NCBI GenBank assembly: GCA_964106645.2
Contig: OZ067052.1
DNA: 64,000 nucleotides
Direction: 5' to 3' (one strand)
Origin: Podarcis pityusensis
Taxonomy: Eukaryota
Positions 1-10,600 of the stretch are shown here, piece after piece. The notes under the pieces are model-generated. The model did no database searches. It had not been told where the DNA came from and was given only the letters and a program-made list of their open reading frames with translations. Position 1 is the first letter of the stretch, and every line of letters begins with the position of its first letter. Made by a program: the position numbers and the translations under genes.

Positions 1-240
1 CCACTTCCTATGCACGTCATGCTCATCGGTTTTGGGTCCGGTTCATGTCTGTGATCTGCTCTCTCCCCCCCCCCCCCCCCCAGCTTCGGGAGCCACAGAA
101 AAAAAGCCGGGCATGAAGAGAGCAAACTTGGCTTAAGCCAGTCAGAGAATGAAAAGGCACCTCTGAGCCCACAAAGGAAGCAGAGGCAGCAGCGCAGCTG
201 ATGTGTGCTCAGCAAACATCCTAGAATGAAGCTCTGCAGA

Positions 241-581
241 AATACCATTCACTGAAGCCAAGTGTTGCAGGATTCCAGACAGGCAAAGGGAAGGACTTCT
301 TCACACAGAGCGTAATTAAATTGCAGGGTTTGCTCCCACAAGACATAGAGATGGTCATCAATTTCAGGGGCTATAAAAAGGGATGAAAGGCTATCAATGG
401 AATATTAGCTACAATGGCTGCGTTCTGCATCCAGCGTTGGAGGCTGTGTGCCTTTGAATATCAGTTGCTGAGAAATGCAATAGTGAAAATATTGCTGCTG
501 CACTCAGGTCCTTCTCGTGGGCTCCAAGAGTGGCTGGGGAAACTCAGCCAGATGGGCAGGGAAGGAATGAAGGAAGGAATG

Positions 582-625
<44 letters not shown>

Positions 626-706
626 GTGGTTGGCCACTGTGAGAACCAGATGCTGGACTAGACGGGTCTTGGACGTGACCCGGCTGCAGGGCAATTCTTA
701 TGTTCT
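241..706 (+). mobile_element. CR1-type LINE 3' fragment interrupted by (ATT)n
   Basis: ORF2-end-like sequence (ttcttcacacag...gtaattaaattg) and a squamate CR1-like tail (ggactagacggg...cttatgttct). Confidence 0.55.
583..624. repeat. (ATT)n microsatellite
   Basis: About 14 ATT units; this repeat creates the poly-Ile ORFs in the track. Confidence 0.95.
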
Positions 707-1503
707 GAGAGAAGGAGACCCACTTCTGGCCCCCAGGACAGGGCTTCTAGGGAAAAGGAGATCTTTCACACCCTGAGGTGCCGCCCCATCCTAGGCCCCT
801 GTTACAAACAGGCTTTCTGGGTTTATTCCTGAACTGCCACCAGCCTCAACAACAGGAGGCAGATGGGAGATTAGCTCTCCACCACAAGGGTGGAGCATTA
901 TCTTTCTTTACAAGTCTGCCCCTCCCAGCCTTGGCTCTTGGGCGTACTTCTTTGCTCCTGCTAGGGTGGCCCATGGGGAAATCTTTGCATCCTCCTGGCA
1001 AAAGAAAGGTCAGGGGAACTGATGGTTGCTCAACACCACCAAAGCAATTCAGCTGGAGAAGTACGGATTAATTGCCAGGTGGATACGAATGAAAACTTTT
1101 AAGATCATTAAGATCAATGAGCAGCAGGGAAGTAGCACAGCTGACAAACACTTAAGTAACAGCCTGACAAACGAAACCCTGTGGCTGCTAGCAAATTACA
1201 GCAATAGTAGCAAAGGGACAAAGCCTTGAGGAGCAGCACTGAGTGAAATATAATTCAGAAAGATGCACATTTGGGAACACAGCTCCTGTCATACTTAGCC
1301 TAATATAAATTTGGAATTTGCTATTACTGAAGGGGAGGGCAAGGATAGTTCCCAGAATATGTGAGTTCCTGCACAGCAGTCATTAAGAGCTGCGGCAGCA
1401 GTGGGGGACTCTAAGTCTAAGCTTTGCTTGATACAGAAAACCCAGCAACATCTCTAAGAAAGGATTGTCCAGCCTCTGCCTAAAGACCCCAGAGAGGCAA
1501 TAC

Positions 1504-1664
1504 AGGAAACTGCCTTATCCCAAGACAAACCATTGCTCCCTCGAGCTCAGTTTGGTGAGCACTGACTAGCAGCCATTCTTCCAGGGTTTCAGGCAGGGAG
1601 TCTTCTTTCACAGCCCTACCTGGAGATGCTGGGGATTGAACCACAAGAGCTCCACCACTGAGCT
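1504..1664 (-). mobile_element. tRNA-derived squamate SINE (Squam2-like)
   Basis: The reverse complement gives agctcagtggtggagc...ggttcaatccccagcatctccaggtagggctg...ggcagtttcct; same family as 44054-44245. Confidence 0.6.
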
Positions 1665-2090
1665 CTGTACCTTCCCAAGGGAGAGTCCACCATGGTTTCA
1701 GTGTTAGAACTGCTCTTGCCTTTAAGAAGCCTCTCCAAATGCTCATCTGAGCTCTCCCCTCCTGGGACATAAGGCCAGAATAGTTCTTTGTCCTTTTCAT
1801 AAGGCATTTTTATATATTGCTATTATCCACCCCTATAACCCAGTTCTTCAAGAATACACTTCGTTCCAGGACTTGCTCTCTTCAGCACCAGCCGTCTTTC
1901 CCTGCCTTCCTCTGTTCCAACCTGGTTACTAGAAAAGGAACAGAAAATGCCCTGTTGTCCCAATGCAAATCCATTCACCAGTCAATGCACAGTCCTGTTT
2001 GTACGAACACTTTGCAAGAAGCAGACCCAGGAAAAGCAGAGAGAGAAAAGCAGCAGGCAGGCAAGAGAACGCTAATGACAAGAACCTCAC

Positions 2091-5000
2091 CTGGCTTTTC
2101 CTTGTTCCCACGCGGATAGTCTCTTTCTTCAAGCCATTCTTCTCCTGTGAAGAAATGTCTCCAATTACTCCAAAGAGGGAGGGTTATTATGGTGGCATTT
2201 CCACAATCTCCCCGCAAAACCCTACATTAAGAGAAAGCTTGCACCAGCCAAGCCTTTCCTCACAAAGGGGCTGCCAAGCAGGGTGGTACAGTTCAGCCAT
2301 GGAAGTGGACACAGAAGGCATCCCAGGAAGCCCCACACTGGAACTTACCTGGGCAGACGCCTTCTGCAATGTTCGCTGCATTAAAAGGAACAGCCCTAAA
2401 GGATAGCTGAGCAATGTGCAATTAGATACCCATCCCTCTTTCCTGCCTCCCTTGTGTCAGATCTAAAATTCTACGCTTCTCTGGGCAGGGGCCCGCCTTT
2501 CCCTTTGTTGTGCTGTAAAGCACCATAACATTGTTGGCACAACCACAAACAACTATTACTAATGTCGTTTTTATTGCCTGACCTGACCAGCCCTAGCCCA
2601 GCAACCCTTGACAGGCTTCAGGGCAAAGAACACATGTGTCAAAGACCTGAAAGAAGCGGAGATTATTCAGTAGCACAACTGGCCCCAAGGGGCAGAGTCA
2701 TCTGCTTCCCAAGAGTCCCCCAAAGACCAGGTCGTGCAATGCAGGTAAGCAGCACATGGAACTAGCAAGGGCCCTGTAGGAAAAGGTGCCTGCAGAGCCA
2801 TACAGGGCACAGGACAAGATAGCACTAAGACAAACATTATCAGTTAAGGGCCTATCGAGTCCTAATTGAAGAGAGAAGTATTCCTCAGTAGGGTCAGTCG
2901 GTTGCGGTAAAGTTTCATCCCTAAATATGCCATAACACACACAGCTGAAAAGAGAGATTGTGTATGCATGTGTGTGGGTAAGAGAGACAGGGAGAGAAAT
3001 ATGAAGTCCTGGACAATAACCCAAGGCCAGAAAACCTTCAGACCTGTCAAAATGGCTGTTAAGATTTGGAAATATTTCCGCAGACCCGCAAAGAGGCCTG
3101 GAGAGACATACACCTCTTACCTGACTGTCCTGCAGCACCACCTTTGCCATCTCAATGAGGTTTGCAACCCAGGACCCAGTGAAGAGGAGGAGGAGAAAGA
3201 TGTCTTTGCTAGAGGGGAGAGGAAGACCTGCTGCCTTGCTCTGTCAGCGTCTAATCAAGGGAGTCTCTCCTTGCAAACTAGCCCCAACCTGGCAGCAGAG
3301 ATAAGGCAGAGAAGGGGAAAGGGCGTTCAAGGGGGGTGGGGAGAAGGAAGGAACTGAGCCTGGAGGGAACTGCAGCTGCAGGGGCTGCTTGCAAGGAACT
3401 GTCCAGGTTTTGCACAGAAAGAAATTGTTCTGGGAAAGGCAGGCAGCAGAAGACAATCTCCCAGGGCAAAGCAATTGACAAAGGGGCCATTTGCACAAGT
3501 GAACAAGGGACATTTCAACCACTTATTTGCAATATAGAGCAGGGGGAGGGTGGCGGCGCAGAAGGGGAGATACAATCAAACTGCATGGCAAACAACTATA
3601 ATCTCAATGGATCAGAATGCAGGAAGCTATCATCCTGATAACCAACTTGCTTCCACCCATGGTGGCCAGTGCTATCTGTGCCATCCACATAGTTCTGCAG
3701 CAAGGAAGTGCACAAGCTGGGCTGGTATTTACTTTCTAGGACATCTCCCAAGAGAATGTGGCTCCTCTTAGGATAGTGGCCATGGAAAGGAGTACATAGA
3801 CAAGAAATGGGATGCAGGGAGATAGGGCAAAACACAGGAATGGGACACAGGTGGGCAGTAGAGCTGAAAATGGGCAGTAGATATCAATAGTTCATAGGAG
3901 AGATTGGTAGTCACAAGGTACAGAAGCCCCATGTGTGACTTCTGGAAGTCAACCCCAAATCATCAGTTCCCTTCAGTCTTCATCAAACATAGCCATGAGC
4001 ACTAGCTGCTTAGCTTTAGGGAAGAAAAAGAGAGATACCATCAGGGTGCTGAAAGCAGCAGTTTCTGTGTTTGTAGGGCAATTATGCAGCCAAGGGGGAC
4101 AGAAAGAGGTGCTTAGTGTGAAGAGAGAAGAGAATTTGTTTGAATCTGGGACTGAAAACACAGAAACAGGCAAGCTGTGTAGGTGTCCACCATACAGTAT
4201 CACCCAAAAGGCTCAGGCCCAACAGCCCCAAATCCAGGCAAAGTCTCAGGTTTGGAAGCTAATATAACAGTCTCGCCATGGGAAGGCTATGGGATGTATT
4301 CCCAGCGGAACTTTGAAAGGGTAAGTGAAAGTGTGAGTGTGCATGCAGAAACTAGAAAAACAGCTTGATGAAGCACCCTATAGCAGAGGGGAATGCAAGA
4401 GGGCACCTGAAAGCAGCAAACCCACACTTCTCTTCGCCGCCACCGCACTCTGGCTCACCTTGGCTGCTAGTAGAAACTGCCTGGAGGTATCTGTACAGTG
4501 TACTACCTAACAGGGCAAAGGTGTGTCCTACAAAGCCACCCTGTGGATTAGGCAAGAGTGCCTTGCTACACAGAGGCAGAGCTCAAGTTGCACAAGGTTG
4601 TGCAAGAAACAAGAGGCATCTGATTTTGGCAGGAGCACATTCTAGAAATGCAACCTGCCTCCCTTGACCGGCAAAGGGCAAAATAGCCCTGGGAGAAACA
4701 CCAGCCTCTCCCAATGTTTCTCTGCAGATATAAAGCGGATTACAGGGATACTAACATGAAACACTTTGAGCACTTGAACGAGGCCAGTGCCCTGTTGTTG
4801 TTCTTGCTACTGCTGCTATCATAAACAAAATTGTGTGTGCGTGTATATAAATCAAGTTTCATAAAAATCAAACTAGCACTACTATTTAACAACTATATTC
4901 CCCCTTCCAAAGAAAAGCAGCACTGGAGGACACACAAATGTAGGAAGAGAGAGAGTCGGGGGTGGGGAAGAGTAGCAGATAGGCAGCCATGGTCGGAGAC

Positions 5001-5243
5001 AACCCCCGTCCCCAGGCCCACCCGCGGGGGCTGAACTTATTTGCATCTCATTAAAGACCCCCGCGACGCGCGTGAGGTCACCACCATGCACAGAGGTCAC
5101 CTCGCGACGTCCTCCGCCATTGGCTGAGCCCCTGGAAGCCCCGCCCCTTCGCCCCCTCTCTCCCTCCCCCTCCCCAAAGCGAGCGAAGCGCCGGTCAAGG
5201 CAGCGGCGGAGAGGCTCACCGAGGCGGGCGGAGAGCTGGTCAT
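2091..5243 (-). CDS. HMBS: Hydroxymethylbilane synthase (porphobilinogen deaminase), 5' part; gene presumably continues beyond window start
   Basis: Housekeeping exon 1 CDS 5220-5243 (ATG ACC AGC TCT CCG CCC GCC TCG|GTGAG, MTSSPPAS, phase 0) lies in a CpG island. The 54-bp exon 2091-2144 (cag|EKNGLKKETIRVGTRKSQ|gtgag) carries the PBGD IRVGTRKSQ motif. The position downstream of VPS11 matches synteny. Confidence 0.88.
3121..3150 (-). CDS. HMBS: Candidate alternative (erythroid-type) coding first exon of HMBS, MAKVVLQDSQ
   Basis: gagATGG Kozak context, exactly 10 codons, then a CAG|GTAAGA donor in phase 0, in frame with exon 2091-2144. GATA and CACCC motifs lie 150-190 nt upstream. Confidence 0.55.
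3236..3341 (-). promoter_or_regulatory. Candidate erythroid promoter of HMBS (GATA1/TAL1 composite, KLF1 CACCC, ARE-like)
   Basis: AGATAA at 3299-3304 is preceded by CTG-N7 (3289-3291). CCCCACCCC lies on the minus strand at about 3332-3341, and TGACAGAGCA (TGACnnnGC) on the minus strand at about 3237-3246. Confidence 0.45.
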
Positions 5244-5620
5244 GCCGCTGGTGGCGCCGAGCAGCGAAGGGGGCCGGCAGGCAGGCGGGGCGAGGGCTGG
5301 AGGGGGTCCCGCTCTGGGTCAACTAGGCGCTGCCGGTTCCATCGCCACTCCGCGGAGCCACGCATGCGCCTCCCCGTCCCGGACGTCACTTCCGGCTTCC
5401 TGTTCCTCCCACAGGCGGCTTTCCATGAATGGGAGGTGGCTCACGAGGCCCCTTTATACCGTAATTGCCGTCGACGCGGCGCACGCCCTTTTCGGAAACG
5501 CGAAGCCGGGGGCGCCGCTGTGTCGCTTCGCGCTCCGGTCCTTGCAGTGAGGCGCTGCACGTGGCTCCGGCCGCATATTTTACGGGCAGCGGAGCGTCTC
5601 CTGCCCGAGTACGCCAGTTA
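5000..5620 (-). promoter_or_regulatory. HMBS housekeeping CpG-island promoter
   Basis: CpG-dense. Contains an ETS/CRE composite CCGGAAGTGACGTCC (minus, 5381-5395), an NRF1-like CGCATGCGC (5361-5369), GC boxes and an E-box CACGTG at about 5558. Confidence 0.75.
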
Positions 5621-7650
5621 GGCTTTGAAAGGGGCTGGCCTAGATAGTATTATGCAAACTACCTGCAAATTGCCTTCAAAAGTGTCACGAGATTTATTCT
5701 AAAATTGAGGAAACGCTGCTTGAAAGGCCTGGGAGAGCCGCTGCCAGCCAGCCAGCCAATGAGGCAGAAGGGCCAATGGTCTGGTTTGTGTATAGCTGCT
5801 TCCTGTGTAACTCTCTGCTACAAGATGAGCTGACAACGAACACTACCTTAAACGGAGAGGTCTCTCAGGCTTTTCATCCTGTAATATGGAGACCCCAGGT
5901 GCATAAGAAGTATATCACTGCATACTGAAAATGGGACCCACTGACTGGTGTTCATCCCTGATGGTGCTGCAAATGAGTTTATTGGAGGTGGTCTAATTAG
6001 CAAGTGCAGCTGGCAGGATAGTAGACGAGTGTGGTGCTTGATTGGATCCAGCAAGGAAATTGGCATGTGTTTTATTAAAAGGGGATTGGACCAACTGATG
6101 GAAGTGAAGAGGTTTAACGATGCTTATTAGGAACCCCAGCTCCCAAAGAGCATAACTATAAATAGTGTAAGAGCAGCTCTGCTGCTGTAGCCCACACACC
6201 ACCTAGTCCTGTATGCCAGTAACAGCCCAACCAAGTGAGAACAACCAACTCCTTCACTCCATTTACTAAACTTTTCTCTAAATCAGTCATTCCATCCATC
6301 ATTTTGGGTACCCTTTTCTAACAATGTAATATTTTTTCCATAGATTGGTGTTGCAGCATTATGATATCAACAGTTTTCTTTTCAGTTTCTTTCCCAATGA
6401 TCCCTAGCATGGAAGTTGTCCTTTTTCACAGCTACCACATGCTATGTCAACAACTTCATTGAGCTATCCACTGCCACCCTGAAGGTCTCATTCCTGGCAA
6501 CTCACCATCAGATTCACAGACCACGAGGTATATGTAAAATTAAGGTATTTTGTCCCAACATACATCAATTCATGGTTTAGAGTGAACTGCATTTTCCTCA
6601 TTATCTCCAGAGAGAGAAAAGAGCAGGCAGCTGTGGGAGGAAGCTCAAGCCTGCATCTAGCCTCAAAGATTATTCCTCCCTCTGTGGTATAAGATGGTGC
6701 CCCAAGAAAGATGAAGGAGCAGGAAGCAAGCTCCCTGTGGCTTGCAGCACAGTTCCAATGCATAATTGCTCTTGCAAAGTCAAGAACCAAGGAGGTGAAG
6801 TGACGGGGTGGTAGGAAGCTAATTGCAGCAGAGGAGATGGGAGGAACCAGCTCAGATAACAGCCATCTGCCTGCAGGCCCAGCTTCTACCACCCACAAAC
6901 TATACCAGAAATCTAATCCTGAGCAAGATTAGCCACAGAACTGGGCCTTTTCTATGAAGCAGCTCCTCTTGGCTCTCAAAGAAATACCAAAGAATTGGGA
7001 AGGCGGGAGGGAGAGAGAGGCAGTTGTTCAGAAAGGAAGCAAGAGTATACATACATATACAGCAAGACCCATAGTTCTCTTCACCCACATTCACACATTT
7101 TATAGCTCAAGCAAGTAAACCGCTATTAAGTGAAGGGTTACAGAGATGTTAGTGCTGAACATTATTTACATCTTCAATCCACCTCCCCAGGAAAATAACT
7201 CTTCCAGTTCCAGAATCCAGTCAGTTTAGTTCCACGCTGTATATCTTTGATGAGGGCAACACAGGCTTACTAGAGATCCTCCTCATACAGAGCTTGGAAC
7301 ACAAGAGGCACCAGGAGAAAGTTGGAGCGGAGAGCTCGTTTTCATCACACAGTCTTACAGGAGACCACTGCTAATGCTGAAACACCAGACTTTTAACCAG
7401 GAGACTTAACCAGCAGGCTGTAAGGCTTGGAGAAGCAGGCCTGGCTTTAGTCGGGCAAAATAATAACAATAAACAAGCCAGAGTTCCCTTGGTCTCTCTC
7501 TCTGTTTTCTAAGCCAGCTACACAGCCCTCCTGGTCTTCAGTCAGATCCTACCCTCTTTTGGGTCACAGTGCACTAGAAAGAGAGGCTGATTGCATCACT
7601 CATTTGGAGACCCAAGGTCAGGGGACTGAAGGACACCCACCCACCACCAT

Positions 7651-10600
7651 CTAAGTGCTCCGTTTTGTGTGTATCAGCAGCTCACGCTGCAAGCCCGCAT
7701 CAAGTACTGCAGCAGATTTGCCCGGAGGAAGGTCTGTGATGAGGGTGAGCTTGTTGAAAACGCCTCGGCCAAAATAATCCGCAACCACAGAAAAGCTGTC
7801 ATTGGAGCATTTCATCTGTAAGATGGAACAAACAAAAGCTTCACTTTTGGGGGTGTTTGGGGTGGGAGATTCTATCATTTACTATACATTTTGGAAAATG
7901 GTTTGCCTCTATATGTTCGGCCACCTCTTGAGATATCACTGTCAAACTGAGCACGATGGTTCCAGTGGTGGGGCAATAGACTTCGTTGCTGTTTGGGCAC
8001 AGACGCCATTTTGAACCAAGATGGTGGACCGAAACATGACTTTGGCATGTCCTCACCCAACATCCAGAGTTATGGGTTCAAACACAAATTACACTATGCA
8101 TTTAAAACAACACAGTATTCCCCCCCCCCAAAAAAAAAAATCCCAGGCAGGGCCGGGCACTCCCCACCAGTTGGATATAAAGTGTCATAATAAACCAGAC
8201 TGGAAATCTAGCTAGGCAGCCAGGGAGCCCCACCTGGTGCTGGAACTGGTCATGCAAGTCCCGCTTCTGCTCTTGAGCGCGGATCATGTCCATGACTTTG
8301 CGGTTCTCTGGCAAGCAGGTGGGACACTCCGACCCACTCTCCGAGTAGCTCTCAAAGCAGTGCTGGTGGAAGGAGTGGCCACACAGAAAGTGAACTGAGG
8401 GCAGCTCCAAGGCACTGGTGCAAATGCTGCACTTGGTCTTCTGGAAGATCTTGGGACTGAGAAAAGGAAACACACAAGGGAAGGGCAAGGAAGAGAGATG
8501 GCTTTCAGGGACACACACATGCGCAGAAGTAACAGCAACACATTCCTGTGATGCCCACATTGCATTTGGGCATCAAGCTTCTCCCCTGCCCCTGGATTCC
8601 AGGATTGCTACAGCAGCTGTAAGTAAAGCGCAGCTGTACTCTGGAAGACTGGCAGATGAATGAAGTCTCCTTTGGAGTCCCTTCCCGATCCATCTCAATC
8701 CCTTCCAAGGAACCACCTGGACTTGTTCATCACACTGCACCACCAAACAGAGCACAATGGGCAGAAGGCAGGAAAGTGGCATGTGGTGATGTCTTGCTCC
8801 CTCTGGAGGCCACGTCTTATGGAGGTCAGACAGGCCCAGCAACATGGACTGCGTCTACCTGCTTTTGAGCTCCTCGATCTCCTTGCGGATCCGCTTAGTC
8901 TCCTCCCGGTACTTCTGAATCCTCTGCTCGTCCTGCTCGATCTGGCGGCTCTGCTTCTGCAGCTTGCTGACCAGGTAATCCTTGATGACTGACAGGGTGG
9001 CTGTGGAGTTGTGAGCCAGAGTCTGCACAACTGGACAGAGGGGGCAATCCATCAGCACAGGGAAGTAGAGGGAGTGGGGCAATTTATAGTACAGCTGGGT
9101 GAGCACAAATCTACCTTGTCCCTTCAAACCACAGGGGAGGGGCCCTTCAGCATTCTCTGTCCCATTCCAAAACACTTCAGACCCTTTAAAGGTCAAGATT
9201 CAGACAGCAGAGGGCAATTTAAATGTTATCCATTGATAATGGGGGGAACAGAAAAACAAATAAACCTTCAGCCGTAAGCATCACTGGCGTCAAGAGTAAG
9301 AGCAGCATTGTGACGTTAACATATGAGAGAGTGCTGGAGGTGAAATAGTTAAACAGGCTGCCCAGTCAGGACCCAGGGGGGTGGAGTCAGTGGGACTATA
9401 AAACCAGCTCTGGGAGGGGCAAAGGGGAGAGTTCCTTGGGGAGTCCTTGGGTGGGTGGTTGGAGTGGGAGTGAATTGGGCTAGAGTTGTGGGTTAGAGTT
9501 AGTGTAGCGAAATAGGCTGAGTAAGGAATAGTTAGGGGCTAGGCAGACAAGTAAATATCTGAGAGGTGGTTTAGTGTGTGAGGGCAGGTAGCGAAAGTTA
9601 TAGGTCTGGATAGGCACCCCATGAATGTAATTGACAGATACTGTTTATGAAACCACACGCTTGTTAAACTGCAATAAATAAACAAAAGTTTATGTTTCAA
9701 TTTAACCCTGACTGGACTCAGTATTGTCCCAGGTAGGGCCTGGGTGGTGGCAGCGAGAAATAAAGTGGTGGCACAGGGATCAATAGATGGTGAAACATCC
9801 GGGGACCATTGATAAAGGGTGGATCAGAAAAACAAATAAACCTTCAGCCAAAAGCATCACTGGTGTCAAGAGTAAGAGCAGCATCTGTCCTCCATAGGGT
9901 CTTGGAAGGCAGGTCATTCTCATAAAGGGAGAGGCTGAAGGGAGCTCTGGATTTAACTAGCAGCTCTTTTGCTTGAGAGACTGGTTTTAATTCCCAGCTC
10001 CATCCACCCCAGAAGCTTCCCAAAGTCAAGCCTCTCAAGGAGACAGCCTCAGCCACCCCCACCACCCGGCCTGGAAGTGGAACCTCCCTCACCCAGCAGG
10101 GGCGGCATGAGATTCTTGGTCTCAATGTGCTTGAGCACAGCTGTGATGTACTCTTTGCAGTCCTCCTCCTTGTGGGCGAAGTAGCCGAGGGCTTGTTCCC
10201 AAAGGCAGGCCTCCTGGTCTCCATACAGCTCACAGACTTCCACCACCTTCTTGTACTGCTCGTTCTGCATGTGGTAGTGCATGATCTGCTGGAAACTGGG
10301 GAAGGAAGGGAGAAGAGGGCTCTTTCCACCAGGAGGCCACATATAATGCCCTTGAGCCCACCTGCTGCTCTCCAAACCTTCCTTAGCTACATAGTCTGGG
10401 CACAGATCAACCAGGTCCAAACCCTGCACATAGGCTGCAAAGCCTGGTCTACAATATCCGGCACCCTCCTCATTGGGGAAGCTCCAGAAACCCTCTTCCA
10501 ACCCCCACAAAGAGTAGGAGGCTGCTGGTGCCTCTAGACTCACAGCTTGCCCTGTTCGTAGAGGTACAGGACACCATCCTTGAAGTTGTGCATCTGGCAC

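Noticed and set aside
414-776. Poly-Ile ORFs (414-776 plus, 461-694 minus)
   Set aside because: They arise from an (ATT)n microsatellite inside a CR1 remnant.
5039-5460. snRNA-type gene suggested by an octamer and a TATA-like motif
   Set aside because: No PSE or recognisable snRNA body, and the region is explained by HMBS exon 1.
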